From NCBI RefSeq assembly GCF_009914755.1, contig NC_060940.1: a stretch of DNA of 64,000 bases; one strand, written 5' to 3'. The translations under genes and the position numbers were made by a program. Of this stretch, positions 48,181 through 64,000 are shown in pieces. The notes below the pieces were generated by a model that was not told where the DNA came from, made no database searches, and was given only the letters and a program-made list of their open reading frames with translations. Numbering within the stretch: position 1 is the first letter of the stretch; the number at the start of each line of letters is the position of its first letter. This stretch comes from the human T2T-CHM13v2.0 reference genome, Homo sapiens.

Positions 48181-48688
48181 TTTACAGAGCACCTCCTGCA
48201 TACCAGGCTCTTGGTGGCAGCTGTGGCCCCGCCCAGGGCCTCTGCCTGCCTGGAGTCTGTCCAGGGAGATGAACACACACCAGTGACTGGCCCAGGCATG
48301 GTGTACAAGTGTGCGAGCAGCTGGGGGCAGTGTGGGGGCTGTGGGAAGCTCAGGGTCGGGGGCACTGCTCTAGGGCCTCGGGAAGCCTTCCCTGAGGACA
48401 AAGATGCCAAAGAGTGTTCCAGAATAAGCTGGAGGGTGCCGCCTGCCTGTCAGCCTACAGCAAGCCAGACCCATGTACAAACACGGATTCCTGTGCACAC
48501 TTACGCTGGAAACCGAAGAGAGGTGACCAGCCCTCCACACAGCACACTTGGCTGGGGACCCGGCTCTTCAGGGCGTGCCAGGGTCTTAGTTGACTAGCCG
48601 GCGTGGCTGATGCCCCTGGCACCCCAGAAGGCACCGATGCCTTTCAGCAGCCATGCCTGGGGCTGCACGTGGCCAGCGAGGCTGGTCA

Positions 48689-48973
<285 letters not shown>

Positions 48974-49696
48974 TCAGAAGCCCCCAACCGGGGCAGCTCC
49001 CCAGGCCTATCCTGCCCCCACCTCACCCCCAGCCCACCAAGCAGGGGTCCTACCTCTGGGACCGCCCCCCACCCGGAGGCCTCTGAGCTGGTTCCAGCCA
49101 CCATCTTTGAACATAGACTGTCTCTCCCCCTCTAGGCCCCGGTTTCCTCCTCTGTAAAGTAGGTACCCTCCCTGTTTCCCGGGGCCTGAGAGTGAGTGGC
49201 AGAGGTGCAGAAGCTCAGAGAAGGCGGCTGGCCAGCCCTGCAGTCCAGGCACCTAGAGACCACCCCACCTGCCACATGGCTCAGACTGCTGGTCCCACTT
49301 CTCAAGGGTGCAGTGGGTGCCATGGCCAGGCACCTCGGGCTTGGGAGCCATCCTTTCTTTTTTGTTTTTGGAGATAGGGTCTCACTTTCTCTCCCAGGCT
49401 GGAGTGCAGTGGCACAAACACAGCTCACTGCAGCCTGGAGCTCCCAGACTCAAGCAATCCTCCCACCTCACCCCCCATGTAGCTGAGACCACAGGCATGC
49501 GCCACCGTGCCCGGCTAATTTTTTGTATTTTTTTGTAGAGACGGGTTTCGTCATGTTGCCCAGGCTGGTCTCGAAGCCCTGAGCTCAAACGGTCTGCCTG
49601 CCTTAGCCTCCCAAAGTGCTGGAATTATAGGAATGAACCATTGTGCCCAGCCAGAAGCCATAGTTTCTAACCCTCAGCAGAGTTCTGGGAGGTGGA

Positions 49697-49697
<1 letters not shown>

Positions 49698-49742
<45 letters not shown>
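49698..49742. repeat. (TTA)n microsatellite
   Basis: Direct inspection. Confidence 0.9.
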
Positions 49743-49743
<1 letters not shown>

Positions 49744-49910
49744 CCATTCTATAGGTGAAGAAACCAAGGTTTCTTTCAGGACTTACTGCCAGGGAAGATT
49801 TGAGGCCCGAGAATACCTTTCTATGTGTAAGAGCTTCTCAGCTGGCTATTTCACTTTTCACAATGGCTGCTAGGAAACTCAGAGCCAATGCTAACATTCC
49901 ATCAAATTAG

Positions 49911-50255
<345 letters not shown>

Positions 50256-50512
50256 TAATTAACCCTGAGGATTAGAATATTTGTTTCCTCTTTTTCCTCC
50301 ATCCTGATTTCATCTCCAGCCTTCTAGTACTCATGTTTTTTGTTTTTTGTGTTTTTCTTGAGATTGAGACAGGGTTTCACTCTGCCACCCAGGCTGCAGT
50401 GCAGTGGCACGATCTCAGCTCACTGCAACCTTCACCTCCCAGTTCAAGTGATTCTCCCACCTCAGCCTCCTGAGTAGCTGGACTACAGGTGCGCACCACC
50501 ACAGCCAGCTAA

Positions 50513-50665
<153 letters not shown>

Positions 50666-50680
50666 TGAAGGCAACCACAC

Positions 50681-50702
50681 AACACACACACACACACACA
50701 CA
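50681..50702. repeat. (CA)n microsatellite
   Basis: Direct inspection. Confidence 0.9.
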
Positions 50703-50843
50703 GACACTCCTACCTCCCACAGACGGTTGAGACTTCGCTTCCTACTCACCCACACCTATCATTTCAGCAAGAGCTAGAGCCTCAGGCACCCAACTTCTGT
50801 GGTCCCAGCAGCCCTTGGACGGCCCAGCCAAGGGCGGTGCTCA

Positions 50844-51665
<822 letters not shown>

Positions 51666-51888
51666 TAGCTCCTGCGCTTACCGCCCCGGTGACTGGACCA
51701 GGTTCCTCACTGCTTTGTGCCTCAATGTCCTCATCTGCGAGCTGGGGCCATGACAGAACCCGCCCGGAAGCCCTGCCTGTGCTCAGCGTCCACCCCAATT
51801 CCCGGGGGCGAGGCCTGGTGCTCCCTGGGACTGTGGCCCTGTCTGGACCAAAAGCGTGAGTTCTGGCTCCGAGCATCTGGAAGGTTCA

Positions 51889-52254
<366 letters not shown>

Positions 52255-52599
52255 CTACAGGAGGGGAGAGGAAGGTTCACCAAGGGGCAGCGTCTTTGGG
52301 ATGGGGTCTCCATAGCCACAGGCTTCCTGCCTCTGTGGGCTCAGCCTGGGGCCCAGGAGGGTCGCACCCATACTGCAGCCAAGGGCTCCTGGGGCAGGTG
52401 GCCGCTGCCATCTGTTCATCTCCAGGGCCCTCCCAGGCCCAGGAGCCCAGCCCTCGTCCCCTTGTTTCCCCCTCCAGCCTCCCATCCCCTCACAGGCTGG
52501 GAGACTGTCCCTCTGAGGGAGCATCCAGAAGCCCAGCTGTCCCACCCCCCCAGAGTTCCAGCTCCAACCCCAGCCCACCCTCACCCTGGTCCCACCAAC

Positions 52600-52602
52600 C
52601 AT
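52600..52602 (-). CDS. RPL3L: RPL3L exon 1 (ATG only); full join of 10 exons = 1224 nt, 407 aa, ribosomal protein uL3-like
   Basis: GCCACCATG|GTTGGT; ATG followed directly by the intron, as in RPL3. Confidence 0.85.
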
Positions 52603-53064
52603 GGTGGCCGATCCCTGAAGGTCAGGAAGGGGCCTCGCCGCTAGCCGCCAGAGGTCGAGTGGCAGGGCCAGGACTCACAGCTGCCAGCTCCCAGATTAGC
52701 CCCTGGCACAGTCAGCAGGGTCTCCGGTGCCAGGAGCAGGCAGGGGCGGGGCAGTGTTGGGGGCATCAGATAGACAGCCTGAGTGGGGCACCCGGAGCCA
52801 GGGCTGGCACTCCTTTCCTCGATGGCCCTGGGGCTGGGTCATGACCCTCCCAGGACAGGACTGGCCAGGCAAGGTGGGGGCCAAGGTAGCCGGTGGGGGC
52901 CTTCTCCCAGGCAGCGGCCAAGAGGAGGGGTCTGGAGCAGTTTGCCGACTTGGAGGCAGAGGGGGTTCCTGTCCTGAGGGCTGGGAGACAGCTGGATAAA
53001 CAGCGGGGAGCAGGGCTGGGGACAGGGCAGACGAGGGGGAGGGCTGACTGCACCTTGAGGATCA

Positions 53065-53154
<90 letters not shown>

Positions 53155-53443
53155 TCACTTGAGCCCAGGATGTCAGGCCGCAGTGAACCTTGACTGCACT
53201 CCAGCCTGCGTGACTGAGCGAGACACTGTCTTAAAAACAAAAAAAAAGCCAGCCTGGCCAACATGGTGAAACCCCATCTCTACTAAAAATATAAAAATTA
53301 GCCGGGCGTGGTGGTGTGGGCCTGTTAATTCCAGCTACTTGGGAGGCTGAGGCAGGAGAATCACTTGAACCTGGGAGGCAGAGGTTGCAGGTTGCAGTGA
53401 GGCGAGATCGCGCCGCTGCACTCCAGCCTGGGCAATAGGGTAA

Positions 53444-53723
<280 letters not shown>

Positions 53724-55295
53724 TAGCCAGGATGTTCTCGATCTCCTGACCTTGTGATCTGCCTACCTCAGCCTCCCAAAGTGCTGGGATTACAGGCATG
53801 AGCCACCGCGCCTGGCCTTATTTAAAGAGACAATGTCTCATTCCATGGCTCAGGCTGGAATGCAGCGGTGTGATCATACCTCACTTGCAGCCTCAACCTT
53901 TTGGGCTTAAGTGGTCCTTCTGCCTCAGCAGGACCTAATTTTTAAATGTGTCTTGTTGTAGAGGCGGGCGTCTCACCATGTTGCCTAGGCTGGTCTGAAA
54001 CTCCTGGCCTCAAGTGATTCTCCTGCCTCAGCCTCTCAAAGTGCTGAGATTACAGGTATAAGCCACAGCACCTGGCCAAATTTAAATTTTGAATTTAAGT
54101 TTTGAATGAAGAGGGGGTTGAAATCTTATTTTTTCTTTTTTTTTTTTTTTTTGAGACAGGGTTTCTCTCTGGTGCCCAGGCTAAAATGTAGTGGCACAGT
54201 AATAGCTCACTGCAGCCTCAGTCTCCTGGGTTCAAGCAATCCTCCTGCCTTCATCCCCCTGAGTAGCTGAGACCACAGGCACTTACCACCATGCCTCACT
54301 AATTTTTGTATTGTTTATAGAGATGGGGATCTCATTATGTTGCCCAGGCTGGTCTCGAACTCCTGAGCTCAAGCAATCTGCCTGCCTTGGCCTCCTAGAG
54401 TGCTAGGATTACAGATGTGAGCCACTGCGCCCCTCAAAATCTTTTTCAATTCAAAGATTCTATGGTTGTAAAGTTTTGTTTTTTTTGTTTTTGTTTTGAG
54501 ATGGAGTCTCATTCTGTTGCCCAGGCTGGAGTTCAGTGGCACAATCTCGGCTCACTGTAACCTCTGCTTCCTGGGTTCAAGCTATCCTCCTGCCTCAGCC
54601 CCACTAGTAACTGGGATTACAGGTGTGTGCCACCATGCCCAGCTGATTTTTGTATTTTTAGTAGAGATGGGGTTTTGCCATGTTGGCCAGGCTGGTCTTA
54701 AACTCCTGACCTCAGGTGATCCACCCGCCTCGGCCTCCCAAAGTGCTGGGATTACAGGTGTGAGCCACCCCGCCCAGCCAGTTGTAAAGTTCTATAGCAG
54801 TGGAATTCTAGAGTTTTTCAGGCCTATGACATCTCTAAGATACGTGGTTCTTACATCAACAGATACTAAGATTCTAGGCTACTAAAATGTCAAGATTGTT
54901 TGGGTCTCATGGTTCATATTTCTTTCCAAGACTTTGGCCAGGCACAGTGGCTCATGTCTGTAATCTCAGAACTTTGGGAGGCCGAGGTGGGCAGATCACG
55001 TAAGGTCAGGAGTTTGAGACCAGAAACATGGTGAAACCCTGTCTCTACTAAAAATACAAAAAATTAGCCGGGCGTAGTGGCAGACACCTGTAGTCTCAGC
55101 TACTCAGGAGGCTGAGACAGGAGAATCACTTGAAACTGGGAGGAGGAGGAGGTTGCAGTGAGCCGAGATTACGCGCTGCACTCCAGCCTGGGCAACAGAG
55201 CGAGAGAACTGTCTCAAAAAAAAAAAAAAAAAAAACAAAAACAAAAAAAAGTTCATAATGTGAAGACCGAACGTTTCTGTGACCGTAGATCCTGT

Positions 55296-56694
55296 TGTGT
55301 CCGGAATTGGTGAGTTCTTGGTCTCACTGACTTCAAGAATGAAGCCACGGACCCTCGCGGTGAGTGTTGCAGTTCCTAAAGGCGGGGTGTCCGGAGTTTG
55401 CTCGTTCTGATGTTCCGATGTGTTCGGAGTTTCTTCCTTCTGGTAGGTTCGCGCTCTCGCTAGCTCAGGAATGAAGCTACAGACCTTCGCGGTGTTACAG
55501 CTCTTAAGGCGCCGCGCGTCTGGAGTTGTTCATCCTGCCAGTGGGCTCGTAATCTCACTGGCTTCAGGAGTGAAGCTGCAAATCTTCGCGGTTGAGTGTT
55601 ACAGCTCATAAAGGCACTGTGACCCCAAAGAGTGAGCAGCAGCAAGACTTACTGGAAAGAGAGAAAGAACAAAGCTTCCACAGTGTGGAAGGGGACCTGA
55701 GCGAGTTACCACTGCTGGCTCCCGCAGCCTGCTTTTATTCTCTTATCTGGCCCCACCCACATCCTGCTGATTGGTAGAGTCCAGTGGTCTGTTTTGACAG
55801 GGCGCTGATTGGTGCGTTTACAATCCCTGAGCTAGACACAAAGCTTCTCCACATCCTCACCAGATTAGCTAGATACAGAGTGTCCACACAAAGGTTCTCC
55901 AAGTCCCCACCAGAGTAGCTAGATACAAAGTGTCGATTGGTGCATTCACAAACCCTGAGCTAGACACAGAGTGCTGATTGGTGTGTTTACAAACCTTGTG
56001 CTAGATACAGAGTGCCGATTGGTGTATTTACAATCCCTGAGCTAGACATAAAGGTTCTCCACGTCTCCACCAGACTCAGGAGCCCAGCTGGCTTCACCCG
56101 GTGGATCCCGCACGGGGGCTGCAGGTGGAGCTGCCTGCCAGTCCCGCGCCGTACGCCCGCACTCCTCAGCCCTTGGGTGGTTGATGGGATTGGGCGCCCT
56201 GGAGCAGGGGGCGGCGCTCGTCGGGGAGGTTCGGGCCGCACAGGAGCCCACGGAGTGGGGGAGGCTCAGGCATGGCGGGCTGTAGGTCCCGAGCCCTGCC
56301 CCGCGGGGAGGCAGCTAAGGCCTGGCGAGAGAAATCGAGCGCAGCGCCGGTGGGCCGGCCTGCTGGGGGACCCAGCACACCCTCCGCAGCCGCTGGCCCG
56401 GGTGCTAAGCCCCTCATTGCCCAGGGCCGGCAGGGCCGGCCAGGCTCTCCGAGTGCGGGGCCCGCCGAGCCCACACCCACCTGGAATTCGCGCTGGCCCG
56501 CAAGCACCGCGCGCAGCCCCGGTTCCCGCCTGCGCCTCTCCCTCCACACCTCCCCGCAAGCTGAGGGAGCCCGCTCTGGCCTTGGCCAGCCCAGAAAGGG
56601 GCTCCTCAAGTGCCGCCAAAGTGGGAGCCCAGGCAGAGGAGGCGCCGAGAGCGAGCGAGGGCTCTGAGGACTGCCAGCACGCTGTCACCTCTCA
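55296..56694 (-). mobile_element. Solo ERV9 LTR12C
   Basis: Minus strand TGAGAGGTGACAGCGTGCTGGCAG ... CCAATTCCGGACACA; tandem CCAAT/GATA U3 repeats; TSD CTGT at 55292-55295 and 56695-56698. Confidence 0.92.
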
Positions 56695-57299
56695 CTGTTT
56701 GTCTGTAGGGTTGATGGTTCTGTGTCGCTGGCCTCAACCTCAGGACAGGACATGACCAGTGTCCCCCCTGGATAGCAGCCAGGGGCCGTGCCAGGTGTGG
56801 AGACTGAAGATGTGGCCAGCAGGACCCTGCTCAGTGGAGCTGCCTAGAAGCACCAGAGTGCCCCAGGGCCAGGATGGAACCATCAAAGCCGGCCAGAGGG
56901 CCCTGTGCCCAGGGTAGGTGCCTTCTCCCTATGAGCCGCCTAAGGGCAAGCCCTGCCTCCTGGTCTGCTCCCTGCCCTCCCCCAGACAGGCTCCCAAGTT
57001 AACTGGCACCAGCCAGTCCATGAGGGGCCCTTGTAGAGAGCGGGGCCCAGAGAAGTCTGTAGGGACTAGGCAATCCAGGAAAGCTTCCTGGAGGAGTAGG
57101 GTGTTTGGAATCGCGTGCTATTTGTTCACTTTGTCGTGTGCGCTCTAACGGCCTGTGTTCTCCATCACAGTTTATCTTATTCCCTGCTGCACTCAGCACA
57201 GTGCCTGGCGCGCAGTGGGAACCGAATGACCCCCTCCTATTCCTTATGTCAGTTGCCTTTTGTCTGTTTCTTTCATCGTAAGCAGGAATCTGTCCGGTT

Positions 57300-58113
<814 letters not shown>

Positions 58114-58169
58114 TGATGGCCGAGATGCCCAAATTCACCATCTCTGGAACGAACCGGGAAAATGCCCAG

Positions 58170-58494
<325 letters not shown>

Positions 58495-59089
58495 TGAACA
58501 CTTGGGGTGCATAGCATGCTCTGGTGGTTCTTCCGTAAGAGGGTGAAGTCTCCAAATCAAACCCCCAAAGATCTGGAAACCGTGCAACAGCGGACCCAGC
58601 TCCCTCTCTTTTGTAGCAGTTGTAGAGCATGTCTGTCCTATGTGTCTGGATGTTCGAGCTCTCCTTTTAGCTCGTTCATTTCCCAGTGAGGAAGCTGAGG
58701 CCGTAAGGTGGTAAGTTCTGCTTGCTGGAGGCTCCCTGTTGGAGCCTCTTTGCGCACCCAGCAGGGTCCCTGTGCAGCTGGGGGAGGTGCACTGGCAGAG
58801 CTGCGTCCCAGTCCATGCCATCTGTGAGAAGCAGCTGCCTGTAGGCTTGTGTGGGGGACAGAGTAAGGTAATGCATGTGGAACTCTGAGGATGATGCCTG
58901 GTACTCGGGAGCTCTCCATCAGCTGTAGCCTAGGCCTTCACAGGCCTGCCTGGCTGGCCACATCCCTTAGAGAGACGAATTGCTGTTTTCTAAACGCTGG
59001 AACACTCAGGAAGTTCTCCTCTCTCCCCTCCAAAGGGCTTATGAGAAATAAGAAAGCTAAAAGCCTGTCCAAACCGATGAGGCGTTTGA

Positions 59090-59250
<161 letters not shown>

Positions 59251-59429
59251 GTACGTGAGCCATGCTGGGAGTGTGGAGATCTGCACCGTGTGCTGCTGGG
59301 ACACTAGTCCCTGGGATGCCACAGGGTGGCATGCCCAGATTTTAGGGGTGACATGGGAGGAGCCAGACCCCAGGGCTCTTGCTTTCAATTGTTCTCACAG
59401 GGTACAGGAAAAGGATTCCTTGTGATTAG

Positions 59430-59865
<436 letters not shown>

Positions 59866-60056
59866 GGCAGCTGTGGGTGCCCCTGCTGTGTGGCTCTGTA
59901 TGACTGTTGCTGAAATATAAAGCCCTGCAACCTGCCTGTGTGTCTGGTGTGATCTATTGGCCCCACGCCCCAGATTCAAACCACCACTAACCATGCAGGA
60001 CACGGGAAAAAAACAGTAACACGCTTAATTCACTTTATTTTTCTTGTATAAAAACC

Positions 60057-60425
<369 letters not shown>

Positions 60426-60455
60426 ATGGCTATGCCCCATGTGTGGACCACCTAC

Positions 60456-60615
60456 CGAAGTTGCCCAGGGTGGCAGTGCAGCCCCGGGCTGAGGTGTAGC
60501 AGTCATCGATACCAGCCATCATGAGCAGCTTCTTAGGCACAGGTGCGGAGACGATGCCAGTGCCCCTGGGTGCAGGGATGAGGCGTACCAGCACAGAGCC
60601 GCAGCGGCCTGTCAC
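60456..60615 (-). CDS. RPS2: RPS2 exon 6
   Basis: [22 protein letters not shown]...TATLGNF. Confidence 0.96.
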
Positions 60616-60634
60616 CTGGTGAGGGAAGGAGTCA

Positions 60635-61290
<656 letters not shown>

Positions 61291-61294
61291 TCAC

Positions 61295-61560
61295 GGCCGG
61301 GGGCGGTGGCTCAAGCCTGTAATCCCAGCACTTTGGGAGACTGAGGTGGGCGGATCACAAGGTCAGGAGTCCGATACCAGCCTGGCCACATGGTGAAACC
61401 CCACCTCTATTAAAGACACAAAAAATTAGCCGGGCATGGTGGAGTGCGCCTGTAACCCCAGCTATTCAGGAGGCTGAGGCAGGAGAATCGCTTGAACCTG
61501 GGAGGTGGAGGTTGCAGTGAGCCGAGATCACGCCAGCCTAGGCGATAGGGCGAAACTGTG
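61295..61560 (+). mobile_element. Alu in RPS2 intron 3
   Basis: Alu consensus, altered 3' end. Confidence 0.88.
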
Positions 61561-62153
61561 TAACCGCCCACCCCGCCCAAAAAAAACCGAAGAAGTCATG
61601 AACCCCCTCACCTGGCTTCCCCCCGATCTGTCCCCTTCGTTTCGTTTTTGGAAGCTTGTATGTAAGGTTACCCTATTTCTGCATCTCAATCGTTTCTTCC
61701 TATTTGCCCTTTTTCTCTTGTTTGGTGAGATGTGGCTTTCCACTCAGATTTCCTTTTGCTTTGTCCAGCTTTGGCCTAGCCATGACCACCGTACCTTGCT
61801 AGGGCGAACGCTCACATGACAAATATGCCATTAGCCTTTCCCCACTGCACCCGCTGGATGCAGATGACAGCTGTCCCGTACACGCGGACTATGACAGTTT
61901 GCTAACCCTTACAGTGTCCTCCCACAACCTGAACTTCATCATCCTCTCGGATGGCATGAACCAAGCGCTGCTTCTCTTTCAGTTCTTTGGAAATGAATTC
62001 GCTGCGAATGTGGGAAGATGCGCTGAAATGCCTTTTGTGGCTCTGGCTTCGCTCAGGTATCCATCCAACCTCTAAGTGGAATCCTCTCCTCAGCCAGCCC
62101 GCAACACAACCTCAACCTCTCACGCGAGACGCTGGGCCCTTTAATGCGAGTCA

Positions 62154-62614
<461 letters not shown>

Positions 62615-62765
62615 TCAGTGTGGCCTACGCATCTGGCAGCCCCCCGCGAGACCCAGACAAGGGCTCCCGCCCAGGAGCGCGGACTCGGGAGCCTAGACCC
62701 GACCCGATGTCCGCGGATTCCCGCCGCCCACGCAGAGGCCCGCTGCAGCGACCAACAGGACTCAC

Positions 62766-62815
62766 GTGTTTTGTCGGAAAAGAAGAACGAGACCTACTGG
62801 GAAGCAGCTTTTATA
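62766..62815 (-). promoter_or_regulatory. RPS2 TATA box (62809-62815), 5'TOP start and non-coding exon 1 (about 62785-62766)
   Basis: TATAAAA about 30 nt upstream of CTTCTTTTCC; donor CAC|GTGAG. Confidence 0.85.
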
Positions 62816-63071
62816 GCACGCCAAGCGCCGCGAGATCTCCGCAGCCCCGCCCCAAGCGGGAGCGGGCCGAGCTCCTATAAGACAACCTGTGATTGGCTCC
62901 GCGGTGCCCCGCCCTCACCGGGCTCTGAGTGCTCTTGCCCGTCCGGCCCCAGCCGCGGCCCGGGAATCTACGTCACCCGAAAAGCGACTATAAACGCCGG
63001 CGCCTCCGTCCCCAGCCGCGGCTCGGGAATCCACCCGAAGAGTGGCTATAAACGTCCGCGCCTCCATTGCG

Positions 63072-63470
63072 CTCTCCTTTTCACTTAGGTAGGTCCTGCC
63101 GCGTTGACCACTGGCGTCTCGCTGGTGGTCTTCGAGACCGGCGTTGGTTGAAAATCGCCCCCGGCTTTGGCCGTGGCCGCGGGTGAGATTCGGCGCCCAG
63201 AGCCCCCGGGGGCCTCAGCTCACCGCGCGCTGCCCCATGTGCGGCGGTGAAACCCAGGCCCCGACAGGCGCTGCCGCCTCCCCCCCGGGTGCGGTCGCTC
63301 GCGAGGTCTGGCCCCTGACTCCTGACCCCGACTGCAGACCCCTAACCTTGTTCTTTCTCCGCAGGACACTGGTCCTCCCACGCCTGACACCGACGTCGCC
63401 AGGACCGCGGGGTTGGGGGAACTTGGCTGTCCCATGTCTTTCAAATAAAGCTGTTTTGTCTAACTCACTG
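63072..63470 (+). ncRNA. SNHG9: SNHG9 snoRNA host lncRNA (exon 1 about 63072-63088, exon 2 63365 to about 63470)
   Basis: TATAAA at 63047, pyrimidine start CTCTCCTTTT, donor AG|GTAGG, acceptor ttctttctccgcag, AATAAA at 63444-63449; no ORF. Confidence 0.85.
63143..63269 (+). ncRNA. SNORA78: H/ACA snoRNA SNORA78 (ACA64) in the SNHG9 intron
   Basis: 127 nt GC-rich double hairpin ending ACAGGC. Confidence 0.82.
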
Positions 63471-64000
63471 CATGCGGGTGTTCTTGGGGCCCCGACTCGC
63501 CTATCAGCCTGGCAAGTGCATATGTTCACGCTGTGGCGGGGAGAACCCTAGCGAGATGCCTCCTCTTCTTTCCTGGCTTTGGACACAAGGGTAGGATATG
63601 GGAGGTTGGCAGGTGATGTGTAAGGTCCGACGCCTCTTAAGTGGAGGAGCCAGACTACGAACAGTCTTGTGGCCATGCGCATCTCAAGTGAACTACACTG
63701 GCAGGTAAAATGCCTTGGTCCAAAGGGCTCCAGGTGGAGCCAGCAGAGCACTAGCAAGGATGGGAAGCTCAGAGGCTTCCAGTGGCTTCCTTGTGAGACC
63801 AGGTGAGATTCTAAAGGATTTGACCAACTAGGCCTAGATGAACTCAGCGCCCCCGTGGTGCTAGGCTGGAGTGGATCAGACACCTGGTTTGGGAGGCTGG
63901 GCCCCCTGCTCTGGGGCGGCAGGTTACCCGGGAGTTTAGTTGTCACTGCCGTGGAGCTAGCACCTGAGTATCAGATCCTAAGTGAAGACCCCCAGTGAGT

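Overview
Human-type (primate) genomic DNA, GC-rich and very Alu-dense. From protein content it is recognisable as the 16p13.3 cluster HS3ST6(-) / MSRB1(-) / RPL3L(-) / NDUFB10(+) / RPS2(-) / SNHG9(+). All five protein-coding genes splice by hand through GT-AG sites into full-length ORFs of the expected size (342, 116, 407, 172 and 293 aa). MSRB1 carries an in-frame UGA (Sec95) and a clear 3'UTR SECIS. Three intronic H/ACA snoRNAs are present (SNORA10, SNORA64, SNORA78). Other elements: three solo ERV LTRs with target-site duplications (LTR5 inside an Alu, LTR8, LTR12C), a decayed ERV-L gag-protease remnant, Tigger3/L1/L2 fragments, and two G-rich minisatellites (18 bp and 15 bp units). I see no wholly new gene system. 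The best leads are regulatory: (i) an LTR12C upstream of RPL3L, in the same orientation, whose poly(A) signal appears mutated into a perfect GTAAGT splice donor; (ii) about 36 tandem 5'-splice-site-like motifs in RPL3L intron 4; (iii) inverted Alus bracketing a 666-nt, stop-free, ATG-initiated exon 5-9 block of RPL3L; (iv) a perfect 22-bp hairpin at an L2 end; (v) several small tandem duplications of promoter or splice-site modules. Repeat family names come from recalled consensus sequences and need RepeatMasker/Dfam confirmation.
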